This document shows positions 1 to 10,529 of a stretch of 64,000 bases of DNA, one piece after another (position 1 is the first letter of the stretch; each line of letters begins with the position of its first letter). The DNA comes from Bacilli bacterium (lineage in GTDB: Bacteria > Bacillota_I > Bacilli_A > RF39 > UBA660). The stretch lies in assembly GCA_047971315.1 (NCBI GenBank), contig JBKDZP010000007.1:7494-71493 (forward strand), written 5' to 3'. The notes under the pieces were generated by a model. The model did not search any database, was not told the DNA's origin, and saw only the letters and a list, made by a program, of their open reading frames with translations. The position numbers were made by a program, and so were the translations under genes.

Positions 1-1724
1 ACTTAATGAAAAATAAAAATTCAAATATTATATATGTTGGAAAAGCAAAAAAATTAAAAAATAGATTGTCATCATATTTCAGAGGAAAACATACTGGTAA
101 AACCGCTAAATTAGTTGGGGAAATTGTTGACTTTGAATATGTAGTTGTGGGTAGTGAAACAGAATCATTAATACTAGAACTTAATTTAATCAAAGAACAT
201 GATCCAAAATATAATATATTGCTTAGAGATGATAAAAGTTATCCATACATTGAATTAACAAATACTGATGTACCGAGATTACAAATAGTTAGAAATTTAA
301 ATCGAAAAAAAAATAAATCAAGGCTTTATGGTCCATATCCAAATGTAACAGCAGCTAGAAATACTGTTAATTTATTAAATAGAATGTACCCACTTAGAAA
401 ATGTAATATATTTGAAAAAAGGCCATGTCTTTATTATCATATTGGTCAGTGTTTAGGGTATTGTAGTAATAAAGTTGAAAAAGAACAAATACTAAAAATG
501 GAATTAGAAATTATTAAATTTTTAAGAGGTGACCACACAATTGTTACAACAAATTTAGAAAAAGAAATGATGAATGAAAGTAATAAATTAAATTTTGAAA
601 AAGCAAAAGAATTAAAAAAATTATTAGATTATATAAAAATAACATTAGTAAAACAAAAAGTAGAAATAAGAGACAATATTGATCGAGATTTATTTGGTTA
701 TTTTGTAACTAAAGGATACATATCAATACAAGTATTTTTTATTAGAGATGGAAAAATATTGGAACGCCACTATAAAATATTTCCATTAATAGATGAAGTA
801 GAAGAAGAATTAACTAGATATATAGCAAATTTTTATCAAAAGAATTTTTTATTACCTAAAGAATTATTAGTTCCTGAAATTGTAGATATTAACTTGTTAG
901 AATCATACTTAAATATCCCAGTGCACGCACCTATTAAAGGTGTTAAAAAAGAACTAATAGAAATGGCTAATAAAAATGCATTTATAACACTTAATGAGCA
1001 AATAGAATTAATAAATAAAGATGTAAATAAAACAACTCTAGCAAATGAAGAATTAATGAAGTTGCTTAAATTAGATAAACTAGATAGAATAGAATTATTT
1101 GATAACTCTCACTTGTTTGGTACGTTTAGTGTTAGTGGAATGGTAGTATTTATTGATGGAAAACCAGCTAAAAATGAATTTCGAAAATTTAAGATTATAA
1201 CTGATACAAATGATGAATATTCAATGATGAGAGAAGTCACATATAGACGATATTTTAAAGTTTTAAAAGAAAATCTAGTTCAACCTGATTTAATAATAGT
1301 AGATGGTGGATTAGGTCAAATAAATATTGTTAGAGAAGTAATAAATAGTTTAGGATTAAAAATTATGGTTGTAGGACTCAAAAAAAATACTAAACATACA
1401 ACAAGTAATTTACTTGCATTTGAACCATTATCTGAATTAGAAATTGATAGAAAAAGTAACTTATTTTATTATTTAGAAAGAATGCAAGATGAAGTTCATA
1501 ATTATACTATTGCTTATCATAAACAAATAAGAAGCAAAGGTAGTCTAGAAAGCATTTTAGATTTAGTAGCTGGCATTGGAACAGTTAGAAAAAAAGAATT
1601 AATCAAAAAATATAAAACAATCACAAAATTAAAATCATTATCTTTATCTGAATTATGTTTAATACTACCTTCAAATACAGCAAAAAATTTATTTAATTAT
1701 TTAGAAAACTATGATAAAGTATAA
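1..1724 (+). CDS. uvrC: Excinuclease ABC subunit C (UvrC), 5'-truncated at window edge
   Basis: ORF 6..1724 opens inside the GIY-YIG motif (IIYVGKAKKLKNRLSSYF). A UvrC homology region and C-terminal HhH (VAGIGTVRKKELIKKY) follow. It is shorter than full-length UvrC, so the N-terminus lies outside the window. Confidence 0.85.
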   Translation, partial: LMKNKNSNIIYVGKAKKLKNRLSSYFRGKHTGKTAKLVGEIVDFEYVVVGSETESLILELNLIKEHDPKYNILLRDDKSYPYIELTNTDVPRLQIVRNLNRKKNKSRLYGPYPNVTAARNTVNLLNRMYPLRKCNIFEKRPCLYYHIGQCLGYCSNKVEKEQILKMELEIIKFLRGDHTIVTTNLEKEMMNESNKLNFEKAKELKKLLDYIKITLVKQKVEIRDNIDRDLFGYFVTKGYISIQVFFIRDGKILERHYKIFPLIDEVEEELTRYIANFYQKNFLLPKELLVPEIVDINLLESYLNIPVHAPIKGVKKELIEMANKNAFITLNEQIELINKDVNKTTLANEELMKLLKLDKLDRIELFDNSHLFGTFSVSGMVVFIDGKPAKNEFRKFKIITDTNDEYSMMREVTYRRYFKVLKENLVQPDLIIVDGGLGQINIVREVINSLGLKIMVVGLKKNTKHTTSNLLAFEPLSELEIDRKSNLFYYLERMQDEVHNYTIAYHKQIRSKGSLESILDLVAGIGTVRKKELIKKYKTITKLKSLSLSELCLILPSNTAKNLFNYLENYDKV

Positions 1725-1771
1725 AAAAATGTGAAAATAAATTTATAATGTGTTATAATAAATAACAATTT

Positions 1772-2176
1772 ATGGGGGTATATATGAAAAATAAAGAAAA
1801 ATTAAAAATCAATATTTCAGGAAAAGAACAAAACAAAGGAGAAATAGTATATAATAATTTAATTGATAACTTAAATTTAAGTGAAGTGGAACAATTAGAA
1901 TATTTGAAATCTAGAGTAGCATATTTAGAACTAGAACTGCAAAATAAAATGATGACAATTATACTATGTGTTATAAGTTTGATTGGAATTGGATTAGGTT
2001 TATATTTAATGGTTTTAGATATTTATTTTTTAGGTGTAATATTCGTTGTCACTACATTTTCATTAGTAGTAATTAGATTTTACTTAATGTATCATAATAC
2101 TGTTAAAACAACTAAAAATATAGAATTTGATAAAATAGAAAATTTAAGAAAATTACTTAATACAACTTTAAAATAA
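1772..2176 (+). CDS. Hypothetical small membrane protein (coiled-coil N-term, 2 TM helices)
   Basis: 134 aa ORF. Hydrophobic stretches are IILCVISLIGIGLGLYLMVL and VIFVVTTFSLVVIRFYLM. An upstream leucine-heptad region is present. No recognisable family. Confidence 0.35.
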   Translation: MGVYMKNKEKLKINISGKEQNKGEIVYNNLIDNLNLSEVEQLEYLKSRVAYLELELQNKMMTIILCVISLIGIGLGLYLMVLDIYFLGVIFVVTTFSLVVIRFYLMYHNTVKTTKNIEFDKIENLRKLLNTTLK

Positions 2177-2377
2177 AATTAGGTTTAACAATCTAATTTT
2201 TCTTTTTGTATAACAAATATAAAAAATTAGAATGAATAGTTTTGTAAATAATGTAAAATAAGTAATTTCAATTATTTAATTTATATGATATGATGATAGA
2301 GTAGTAAATAGAGTATAAATAATGTTTAAAAAGCAGACTATTTTATGCTATAATATATAATATAAGGAGGAAATTTT

Positions 2378-3076
2378 ATGACACCACATATAAAAGCAAA
2401 GAAAGAAGAAATAGCAAAAACAGTAATAATGCCAGGGGATCCAGTACGTACTAAGTTAATTGCTGAAAAATATTTAACTGATTATAAATTAGTTAATGAT
2501 GTTAGGAATATTTTAGCATATACTGGTTATTATAAAAATAAACTAGTAACAATTATGGCATCAGGGATGGGAATTCCTAGTATGGGAATATATTCGTATG
2601 AATTATTCAAATTTTATGATGTTGATAATATAATTAGGGTAGGAACAAGTGGTTCATATAGTGAACAATTAAATGTTAGAGATTTATTTTTAGTTGAAAA
2701 AAGTTATTCAGATTCAACATATGGACTTGTTCAATCAGGAGATACAAGTAATTTTAAATTTAGTTCTAAATTATTGAATGATAAAATAAAAACAATTGCT
2801 CTTGAAAAAAATATTAATATTTTAGAAGGTACAATTTATTGTAGTGAAGTATTTTATAAACAAAATGAAAACTTTAAAGAAGTAAAAGAAAAATATGGTT
2901 GTCAATGTGTTGAAATGGAAAGTTTTTCATTATTCCATAATGCACAAGTTTTAAATAAACAAGCAAGCTGTATAGTAACTATTTCAGATAGCTTTGTTAC
3001 AAATGAAGCACTTTCAAGTGATGAGAGAGCAACATCATTTATGACAATGGTAGAATTAGCTTTAGAATCAATTTAA
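2378..3076 (+). CDS. deoD: Purine nucleoside phosphorylase, DeoD-type
   Basis: AGGAGG RBS lies 8 nt upstream. Motifs are GDPVRTKLIAEKYL, MASGMGIPSMGIYSYEL, RVGTSGS and CVEMES, typical of hexameric PNP. Confidence 0.85.
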   Translation: MTPHIKAKKEEIAKTVIMPGDPVRTKLIAEKYLTDYKLVNDVRNILAYTGYYKNKLVTIMASGMGIPSMGIYSYELFKFYDVDNIIRVGTSGSYSEQLNVRDLFLVEKSYSDSTYGLVQSGDTSNFKFSSKLLNDKIKTIALEKNINILEGTIYCSEVFYKQNENFKEVKEKYGCQCVEMESFSLFHNAQVLNKQASCIVTISDSFVTNEALSSDERATSFMTMVELALESI

Positions 3077-3086
3077 GGAGGATATT

Positions 3087-4346
3087 ATGAATTATAAAAA
3101 AATAGATAAGCAATATTATAATCTACATATGATTCAAACTGATGCATTCAAAACAATAAATGTATCAATTAATTTTAAAAGAAAAATAAATAAAGAAGAA
3201 ATATCTTTTCGTAATTTTTTAGGTAACATTTTAGTTAATTCTTCATTTAATTATAAAACAAAAAAAGAATTAGAAATTCAAACGGAAGAATTATATAATA
3301 TTAAGATTAACTGTAATTGTTATAATTCAGGTAACTATCATATACTATCGTTTAATCAAAGATTTTTGAACGAAAAATATACTGAAGCTGGAATGAATAA
3401 AAAATCAATAGAATTTTTAAAAGAAATAGTATTCAATCCAAATATAGAAAATAATGAATTTCTAAAAGAATCTTTTAATTTAACACAAAGATTTGTTGTA
3501 GAACAACAAGAATTGATAAAAGAAGACCCAGTACTTTATGCTAGAGTTAGAATGTTAGAAGAAATGGAACCAAATTCTGTTGTATCTTTAAGACCATTTG
3601 GATATATTGAAGATTCATTGAAAATAAATAAGAAAAATTTATATGATTTTTATTTAAAAATGTTAGAAGAAGACATAGTTGATATATATGTAATTGGTGA
3701 TTTTGATTTAGATGAAATGGAACAACTTTTAAATGTAAATATTAATACGGTAAAAGAAAAAAGTATAACTCATTTTGTTAATATATATGAAAAAAAGGAT
3801 CATGCTAGAATATTAAAAGAAAGTAGTGATATTAATCAAAGTAAACTAGATATTGGATTTAGAGTAGAGGAATTATCCTTATTTGAATCTCAATATGTAA
3901 TAAACGTTGTATCATCTATACTAGGATCTGGTGGAGATTCAAAATTGTTTAAAATAGTTAGAGAAGAAAACTCTTTATGCTACCATATATCTTCTTCAGT
4001 ATCTGCATTATATCATTTATTTGAAATTAGAAGTGGAATTGATGGCGAAAACTTTGATAAAACATTTGAACTAATTAAAGAACAAATTGTATCAATGAAA
4101 AAAGGTGAATTTACTGATGAAGATATAAATAAAGCTAAATTAACATATATAAGTGCTGTTGAAGAGTTAACAGATTCACCATCCGCAATAATTCAAAATT
4201 ATATTAGTCATGAATATTTAGGTTATGATTTACTTGATGCTAGAATTGACAATATAAATAAAGTCACTAAAGAAATGATTGTAGAAACAGTAAATAAAAT
4301 ACATCTTGATACAATATTTTTATTAGAAGGGAGTAAAAATGGATGA
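3087..4346 (+). CDS. M16-family peptidase-like protein (no HxxEH motif; probably non-catalytic partner)
   Basis: 419 aa, overlaps the next gene by 4 nt. M16 fold-like composition but no inverzincin motif. Paired with the downstream active M16 protein. Confidence 0.55.
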   Translation: MNYKKIDKQYYNLHMIQTDAFKTINVSINFKRKINKEEISFRNFLGNILVNSSFNYKTKKELEIQTEELYNIKINCNCYNSGNYHILSFNQRFLNEKYTEAGMNKKSIEFLKEIVFNPNIENNEFLKESFNLTQRFVVEQQELIKEDPVLYARVRMLEEMEPNSVVSLRPFGYIEDSLKINKKNLYDFYLKMLEEDIVDIYVIGDFDLDEMEQLLNVNINTVKEKSITHFVNIYEKKDHARILKESSDINQSKLDIGFRVEELSLFESQYVINVVSSILGSGGDSKLFKIVREENSLCYHISSSVSALYHLFEIRSGIDGENFDKTFELIKEQIVSMKKGEFTDEDINKAKLTYISAVEELTDSPSAIIQNYISHEYLGYDLLDARIDNINKVTKEMIVETVNKIHLDTIFLLEGSKNG

Positions 4347-5626
4347 AAAAAGTTATATTTGATAAATTAGACTTAGAACTATATAGTGAAACACTTGAAA
4401 ATGGACTTGATATTTATATTGTACCAAGAACTATTGGAAAAAACATTTATGCAACATTCACAACTAAATATGGTTCTATTCATAATGAATTTATTCCTCA
4501 TGGAGAAAGTGATTATGTAAAAGTACCAAATGGGATAGCTCATTTTCTAGAACATAAAATGTTTGAGCAAGAAAATGGCGAAGATCCTTTTTCACTTTAT
4601 TCAAAAAATGGAAGTAACTGTAATGCTTTCACAACTTTTTACAATACAACATATTTATTTTCAGGAACTAAATTTTTTGAAGAAAATATAAATTTACTTC
4701 TAAATTTTGTTCAAGATCCTTATTTTACTGAAGAAAATGTTGAAAAAGAAAAAGGAATAATTGTAGAAGAAATAAAAATGTATAAAGATGAACCTTATGT
4801 ATGTGGTGAAGAAATACTTTTAGAAAATGCTTTTTTTAATCATTCTGTAAATGTATCAATTGCAGGATCTGAAGACAGTGTAGTATCTATTACAAAAGAA
4901 GATTTATACACTTGTTACAAAACATTTTATCATCCATCTAATATGTTCTTAGTTATTACAGGAAATGTAGAACCTGAAGAAGTAATTAAAATAATAAAAG
5001 AAAATCAAGATAAAAAAGAATTTGAAAAATCAAATAAAATTGAAATTAGAGAAGTAAATGAACCAAATGAAGTAAAAGTAAAAGAAGCTACTATTTGTAT
5101 GAATGTAGTTATCCCAAAAGCTTTTATTGGTTATAAATTTAATATAGAAAACTTAAATTTAACAGTTGAAGAAATAACTGTATACTTAAATATACTTGCC
5201 GATTTAAAATTTAGTAATGTTGCAACATTTACTGAACAATTATTAAATAATGAAAAAATAAGTAGTGATATTGAGTATGTAGTAACTAGAGCGGGTAAAC
5301 ATTTATTTATGATGATTTTAGCAGATACAAAAAAACCAACTGAATTCATTTCAAGTATTAAAGAAGAAATTACAAAATGGGATATAAAAGAAGAAGATTT
5401 TAATCGTAAGAAAAAAGCAGCAATCAGTTCATTTTTATATATGAGTGATAATGTATATAATGTTAATAGAAAAGTTATGAATGATGTAATATTTAAAGGT
5501 GGAGCTGATTCTAAATTATATGATAAGTATCAAAGATTAAATTTTAATGATTTAAAAAATATTTTTGATAATTTATCATTTGATAATAATACAACTCTAA
5601 CAATTAATCCAAATAAAACAAAATAA
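4343..5626 (+). CDS. M16-family zinc peptidase (HxxEH inverzincin motif)
   Basis: Contains GIAHFLEHKMFEQENGEDPF with the HFLEH zinc-binding motif. 427 aa. Translationally coupled to the upstream M16-like gene. Confidence 0.75.
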   Translation: MKKVIFDKLDLELYSETLENGLDIYIVPRTIGKNIYATFTTKYGSIHNEFIPHGESDYVKVPNGIAHFLEHKMFEQENGEDPFSLYSKNGSNCNAFTTFYNTTYLFSGTKFFEENINLLLNFVQDPYFTEENVEKEKGIIVEEIKMYKDEPYVCGEEILLENAFFNHSVNVSIAGSEDSVVSITKEDLYTCYKTFYHPSNMFLVITGNVEPEEVIKIIKENQDKKEFEKSNKIEIREVNEPNEVKVKEATICMNVVIPKAFIGYKFNIENLNLTVEEITVYLNILADLKFSNVATFTEQLLNNEKISSDIEYVVTRAGKHLFMMILADTKKPTEFISSIKEEITKWDIKEEDFNRKKKAAISSFLYMSDNVYNVNRKVMNDVIFKGGADSKLYDKYQRLNFNDLKNIFDNLSFDNNTTLTINPNKTK

Positions 5627-5678
5627 CTTGCTAATATCTTATATATAATATACAATATATATAAGATATGGAGGATGT

Positions 5679-6065
5679 ATGAAAAATAAATTTACCAATG
5701 GATTTACTTTAGTTGAATTAATGGGTGTAATAATTATTTTAGGACTAATAAGTTTAATAATTGTTCCAACTGTAAATAATAGTTTAAAAGAAAATAAAAA
5801 AAGTTTATGTTCAACTCAAATTGATTATATAGTTGCAGCTGCTAAAAACTATGGAGCTGATAATATTTTTAGTTTACCTGATTTAGGCGGAGACCCTCTT
5901 GTTGTAACACTGAGCAAACTACAAAGTAATGGGTATTTAGACGAAGATATAGTTAACCCACTTACAAAAAAAACATTTTCTCCTGAACCTTATGTAACAA
6001 TAACTAAAACTAATAAAGGATATACTTATGTAATTGATTTTGATACAGAAAGTGCTTGTGAATAA
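5679..6065 (+). CDS. Type IV prepilin / ComGC-like pseudopilin
   Basis: N-terminus MKNKFTNG|FTLVELMGVIIILGLISLIIVP is a class III signal: Gly at -1, Phe at +1, Glu at +5, hydrophobic helix. Two C-terminal Cys. A hairpin plus T-run terminator follows at 6068..6097. Confidence 0.7.
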   Translation: MKNKFTNGFTLVELMGVIIILGLISLIIVPTVNNSLKENKKSLCSTQIDYIVAAAKNYGADNIFSLPDLGGDPLVVTLSKLQSNGYLDEDIVNPLTKKTFSPEPYVTITKTNKGYTYVIDFDTESACE

Positions 6066-6229
6066 GAATATAAGTAATAAACTTATATCTTTTTTATTTA
6101 AAAAATTTTATAATTAAAAAAAATTTATGATTAAAATAATTATAGATTACTATTATTGATTCTAATTATATTAATATAAGTCATAGACTTGTATCTTTTT
6201 TTTTGATAGAATAATAGTGGTGATTAATT

Positions 6230-6958
6230 ATGATTTATACTTCAATAGAAAATAAAAAAATAAAAGATATAAAAAATTTAAATCGAAAGAAATTTCGAGA
6301 TCAGACCAATCAATTTATAGTTGAGGGAGAACATTTAGTTTTAGAAGCTTATAAGGCTAAATATTTAACTGAACTAATATTAGAAAAAAATGAAATATTT
6401 AATTTAGATATAAAAACAAGTTATGTCACAAAAGAAATTTTGAATTATATAAGCGAATTAGAAAATCCACCAAAAATAATGGGAATTTGTAATAAAATTA
6501 AAAACAAAGAATTACTTGGAAATAAAATCTTAATTCTAGATAATATTCAAGATCCAGGAAATTTAGGTACAATAATTAGAAGTGCAGTAGCATTTAATAT
6601 TGATACAATAGTTTTAGGAGAAGGTAGTGTTGATTTATATAATTCAAAAGTTATTAGAGCAGCGCAAGGAATGATTTATAATATAAATATTATAAATATA
6701 AATTTAATTGATTTAATACCAAAATTGAAATTAGAAAACTATAAAATTTTTGGTACAAAGGTAACAAATGGAAAAAGTTTAAAAAAACTTGAAAAATATG
6801 ATAAATTTGCTATAATAATGGGAAACGAAGGAAATGGAATGTCAGATGCTGTAACAAATCTTTGTGATGATCACATTTATATTGAAATGTCTCCTGTTTG
6901 TGAAAGTTTAAATGTAGGAATTGCAGCAAGTATTATTTTATATGAATTAAATAAGTAG
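6230..6958 (+). CDS. SpoU/TrmH-family RNA 2'-O-methyltransferase
   Basis: Motifs LILDNIQDPGNLGTIIRSA, IIMGNEGNGMS and LNVGIAASIILYEL are characteristic of SPOUT class methyltransferases. An N-terminal substrate-binding region is present. Confidence 0.75.
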   Translation: MIYTSIENKKIKDIKNLNRKKFRDQTNQFIVEGEHLVLEAYKAKYLTELILEKNEIFNLDIKTSYVTKEILNYISELENPPKIMGICNKIKNKELLGNKILILDNIQDPGNLGTIIRSAVAFNIDTIVLGEGSVDLYNSKVIRAAQGMIYNINIININLIDLIPKLKLENYKIFGTKVTNGKSLKKLEKYDKFAIIMGNEGNGMSDAVTNLCDDHIYIEMSPVCESLNVGIAASIILYELNK

Positions 6959-7459
6959 GTGGAAAAAATGACATATATATTTATAGGAACAATAGTAAAT
7001 ACACATGGAATAAAAGGTGAAGTTAGAATTTCTTCTGATGTTGAATATAAAAAATTAATTTTTAAAAGCGGAATGAAAATTTATATTGGAAATAATCATG
7101 AAGAATTAATTATTTCAAAATATAGATATCATAAAATATATGATATGGTTATTTTTGAAGATTTAAATGATATAAATGAAGTGATTTGTTTTAAAGGGGA
7201 GAAGGTTTTTATTAATAAAGATGATATTCAAATTGAAGGTTATTTTGATGAAGATTATATTGGACTATTAGTTCATACTGATCATTTAATTGGTGAAGTA
7301 ATTAAAGTATTAAATAATAATGGACAAAAATTATTATTAATAAAAGGTAAAAATAGAAATTATTATATACCTAAAGTAGATGATTTTATAAATAAAATTG
7401 ATTTAGAAAAAAAATGTATATATATTAATGAAATACCAGGTTTAATTGATGAAGATTGA
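6959..7459 (+). CDS. rimM: Ribosome maturation factor RimM
   Basis: N-terminus GTIVNTHGIKGEVRI matches the RimM GxIxxxHGxKGEVxV signature. Conserved rimM-trmD-rplS order. Confidence 0.8.
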   Translation: MEKMTYIFIGTIVNTHGIKGEVRISSDVEYKKLIFKSGMKIYIGNNHEELIISKYRYHKIYDMVIFEDLNDINEVICFKGEKVFINKDDIQIEGYFDEDYIGLLVHTDHLIGEVIKVLNNNGQKLLLIKGKNRNYYIPKVDDFINKIDLEKKCIYINEIPGLIDED

Positions 7460-8135
7460 TATAATAACTTTATTTCCATCAATGTATAGTGGTTTTCTAA
7501 ATGAGTCTATTATTAAACGAGCAATAAATAAAAATCTAATTTCAATAAATATTCATAATTTAAGAGATTATTCAACAGATAAATTTAATAGAGTTGATGA
7601 TTATCAAATTGGTGGAGGAGCAGGAATGGTAATAATGCCGGAACCAGTATTTAATGCCATTGAAAGTATTAAAACATCTAATTCATTTGTAATTATGCTT
7701 ACACCTCAAGGAGTAAAGTATAATCAAAAAATTGCATATGATTTAAGTGAATATAAACATTTAATTTTATTGTGTGGACACTATGAAGGATTTGATGAAC
7801 GAATACTTAGTATTGTAGACATGGAATTAAGTATTGGAGACTATATCTTAACAGGTGGAGAATTAGCAAGTATGATAGTTACAGATTCAATTGTTAGATT
7901 AGTAGATGGGGTAATTGAAAAAGAATCACACGAAAATGAGACATTTAATAATAATCTTTTAGACTATCCTGTTTATACTAAACCAATTGATTTTAGAGGA
8001 ATAATTGTTCCGGATGTTTTATTATCAGGACATCATGAAAATATAAGAAAATGGCGTTATGAACAAAGTTTTAAAAAAACACAAAAAGTTAGACCTGATC
8101 TATTAGAAATGGGGAATGTTAATGAAAAAAAATAA
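7446..8135 (+). CDS. trmD: tRNA (guanine37-N1)-methyltransferase TrmD
   Basis: MKIDIITLFP start, GGGAGMVIMPEPV and LLCGHYEGFDERI motifs. Overlaps rimM. Confidence 0.9.
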   Translation: MMKIDIITLFPSMYSGFLNESIIKRAINKNLISINIHNLRDYSTDKFNRVDDYQIGGGAGMVIMPEPVFNAIESIKTSNSFVIMLTPQGVKYNQKIAYDLSEYKHLILLCGHYEGFDERILSIVDMELSIGDYILTGGELASMIVTDSIVRLVDGVIEKESHENETFNNNLLDYPVYTKPIDFRGIIVPDVLLSGHHENIRKWRYEQSFKKTQKVRPDLLEMGNVNEKK

Positions 8136-8652
8136 CTATATTGTTTCTAAAACAAATTCTTATGGTGATTTAATTGTTATTGATTATTCTAAAATTAATG
8201 GACTTAAATTAGCTCCAAAAGATGGACTTGATTATCCTGGAGTTAGTGTGAATTCTTTCACAATAATTAAACCATCTTTTATCGAAAAAGCACTAAAACG
8301 TAAAATTAAGATTAAACTAAATTATTATTTTCAAAATATAATTTCATTTTTAGATGATGATGACTCAAATCAAAAAACAATTGATAAATATTCAGATGAA
8401 GAAGATGATGGAACTAGATATATGGAAGTTTTAAATGATTTAACACGATATAAAAATATAGTAGAATACAAATATAAAAAATTTTTAGATGATAAGTATA
8501 TTTCATTCTTACAAAAGAAAATTTCAGTATTAGAAAATGAAATAAAATCAAAAATAATAAATCAAAATTTGGTTATTCAAATGAATGCTAAAAAAATTAT
8601 GAATAGTTATCCTATTTATGAAGAAGTACAAGAAAAAGGTAAATCACGTTAA
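8116..8652 (+). CDS. Hypothetical protein
   Basis: 178 aa ORF overlapping the trmD stop. Acidic DDDDS stretch. No family recognised. Confidence 0.35.
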   Translation: MLMKKNNYIVSKTNSYGDLIVIDYSKINGLKLAPKDGLDYPGVSVNSFTIIKPSFIEKALKRKIKIKLNYYFQNIISFLDDDDSNQKTIDKYSDEEDDGTRYMEVLNDLTRYKNIVEYKYKKFLDDKYISFLQKKISVLENEIKSKIINQNLVIQMNAKKIMNSYPIYEEVQEKGKSR

Positions 8653-8675
8653 AATAAATTTTAAAGGAGGATTAT

Positions 8676-9098
8676 ATGGAATATAAAAAATTTAATAATA
8701 AATATATAGTTAGAATTGATAAACAAGAAGAAATACTAGAAACATTATTTAATTTTTGTAAACAAGAAAATATATTTCTTGGAACAGTAAATGGTATTGG
8801 AGCTGTTAACGATATAACAATTGGTTTATTTGATACGGTAAATAAAAAATATAATTCAGAACAATTTAAAAAAGATTTTGAAATCGTTTCACTTGTAGGT
8901 AATATATCTAAAATGAAAAATGAAATTTATCTTCATATGCATATGTCAGTATCAGATTCTAATTATAATGTAATTGGAGGACATTTAAATAAAGCATATG
9001 TAAGTGCAACATGTGAAGTAATAATTGAAAAAATAGACGGTGAAGTTAATAGAGAATTTAATGAACAAATAGGCCTTAATTTATACAAATTTAACTAA
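8676..9098 (+). CDS. PPC/DUF296-like small protein (possible DNA-binding)
   Basis: AGGAGG RBS. 140 aa with Gly-rich GTVNGIGAVNDITIG and GNIS motifs resembling the PPC (PCC/AT-hook-associated) fold. Weak call. Confidence 0.45.
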   Translation: MEYKKFNNKYIVRIDKQEEILETLFNFCKQENIFLGTVNGIGAVNDITIGLFDTVNKKYNSEQFKKDFEIVSLVGNISKMKNEIYLHMHMSVSDSNYNVIGGHLNKAYVSATCEVIIEKIDGEVNREFNEQIGLNLYKFN

Positions 9099-9208
9099 AC
9101 ATATTTACAAAAAATAACAAATATGATAAACTTTATTAGTTAGTGATCCGCTGTTTACAATATTTAAATAAAATATGATCATATTTAAAAGAAAAGGAGA
9201 GTGACATT

Positions 9209-9553
9209 ATGAATTTAGTTGATAAAATAACTAAGAGTCAAATTAGAACTGATTTACCAGAATTTAGAGTTGGAGATACTGTAAGAGTTGATGTTAAAAT
9301 TGTTGAAGGTAAAAGAGAAAGAATCCAAGCTTACGAAGGAATTGTAATTTCAATTCAAGGAAGTGGTATTGGAAGAAACTTTATCGTTAGAAAACTTTCA
9401 TCAGGTGTTGGAGTTGAAAGAACATTTCCAATGAATTCACCAACAATCGATTCAGTTACAGTTATTCGTAAAGGTAAAGTAAGACAAGCTAAATTAGGAT
9501 ATTTAAGAAATTTAGTTAGACAACCTAGAATTAAAGAAAGACGAGATAAATAA
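9209..9553 (+). CDS. rplS: 50S ribosomal protein L19
   Basis: [22 protein letters not shown]...[14 protein letters not shown] is canonical L19. AAGGAG RBS. Confidence 0.95.
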   Translation: MNLVDKITKSQIRTDLPEFRVGDTVRVDVKIVEGKRERIQAYEGIVISIQGSGIGRNFIVRKLSSGVGVERTFPMNSPTIDSVTVIRKGKVRQAKLGYLRNLVRQPRIKERRDK

Positions 9554-9577
9554 GACTGTAATAAGTCTTATTTTTTT
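9551..9577 (+). terminator. Rho-independent terminator after rplS
   Basis: taagact-gtaa-agtctta hairpin followed by a T7 run. Confidence 0.7.
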
Positions 9578-9592
9578 AAAGGGGTAATTTTT

Positions 9593-10093
9593 ATGAAGTT
9601 AATAAAGGAATACTTACCATATGTAGTAATTATTATTATAATTGTCTTAATTAGACAATTTATAGTAACTCCAGTTAGAGTAGATGGAGAATCAATGGAT
9701 CCAACCTTAAGTAATGGTGAAATATTAATTTTAAATAAATTAGATAATAGTTTTGAATTATTTGATATAGTTGTTATAAAATATGGAACTGAGAAAATTA
9801 TAAAAAGAATTATTGGTCTACCTGGTGACTATATTGAATATAAAAATAATATATTATATATAAATAATGAAATAGTTGAAGAAAACTTTTTGGAAAATGA
9901 TACAAAAACAAGTGATTTTAAATTATCAGATTTAGGTTATAAAGTAATTTCAGATGGATTTTATTTTGTAGTTGGTGATAATAGAGATAATTCACTTGAT
10001 AGTAGAATTATTGGACTAGTAAAAAAAAGTGATATAATTGGTACAACTAAGTTAGCTTTATTTCCATTCGATAAATTTGGAATATTGGAGTAA
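9593..10093 (+). CDS. lepB: Signal peptidase I
   Basis: N-terminal TM anchor, then SPase boxes GESMDPTL, KRIIGLPGD and GDNRDNSLDSR. Confidence 0.85.
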   Translation: MKLIKEYLPYVVIIIIIVLIRQFIVTPVRVDGESMDPTLSNGEILILNKLDNSFELFDIVVIKYGTEKIIKRIIGLPGDYIEYKNNILYINNEIVEENFLENDTKTSDFKLSDLGYKVISDGFYFVVGDNRDNSLDSRIIGLVKKSDIIGTTKLALFPFDKFGILE

Positions 10094-10207
10094 ATTACTT
10101 GATTTATTAAACTAATTAGTGTATATTATATTTGTACTTATTCGTGGAAGAACAGATACTCCAACTTTCATCTAGGAATATGTGAATTATTATGAAGGGA
10201 GAAAAAC

Positions 10208-10477
10208 ATGGCATTAAGTAAAGAAGTAAAAGAAAGTATTGTAAAAAAATTTGCAAAAACAGAAGGAGATACAGGATCTGCTGAAGTTCAAATCGCAATA
10301 CTTACACAAGAAATAAATGAATTAACAGAACATTTAAAAATTCATACTCATGACTTTCATTCAAGAAGAGGACTTCTTAAAAAAGTAGGTCAAAGACGTA
10401 GTATGTTAAAGTATTTATTTAAGAAAGATGTAACACGTTACAGAGACTTAATTAAAGCTTTAGGATTAAGAAAATAA
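10208..10477 (+). CDS. rpsO: 30S ribosomal protein S15
   Basis: [45 protein letters not shown] is canonical S15. Confidence 0.95.
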   Translation: MALSKEVKESIVKKFAKTEGDTGSAEVQIAILTQEINELTEHLKIHTHDFHSRRGLLKKVGQRRSMLKYLFKKDVTRYRDLIKALGLRK

Positions 10478-10529
10478 TTAATATGTAGGCACTCTTTTTT
10501 GAGTGTCTTTAATATATAGAGGAGGTAAA

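Noticed and set aside
5131-5349. Antisense ORFs inside confirmed genes (e.g. 5131..5349 -, 10886..11125 -, 11671..11856 -, 21979..22386 -, 24359..24625 -, 25929..26324 -, 32436..32768 -, 38586..38879 -, 41865..42131 -, 57186..57425 -)
   Set aside because: They lie opposite or out of frame within strongly supported housekeeping genes (M16 peptidase, pnp, yqeY, hrcA, dnaK, miaB, rnj, rpsB, pilC). They have low-complexity Ile/Phe/Leu-rich translations typical of AT-rich antisense frames and no RBS.
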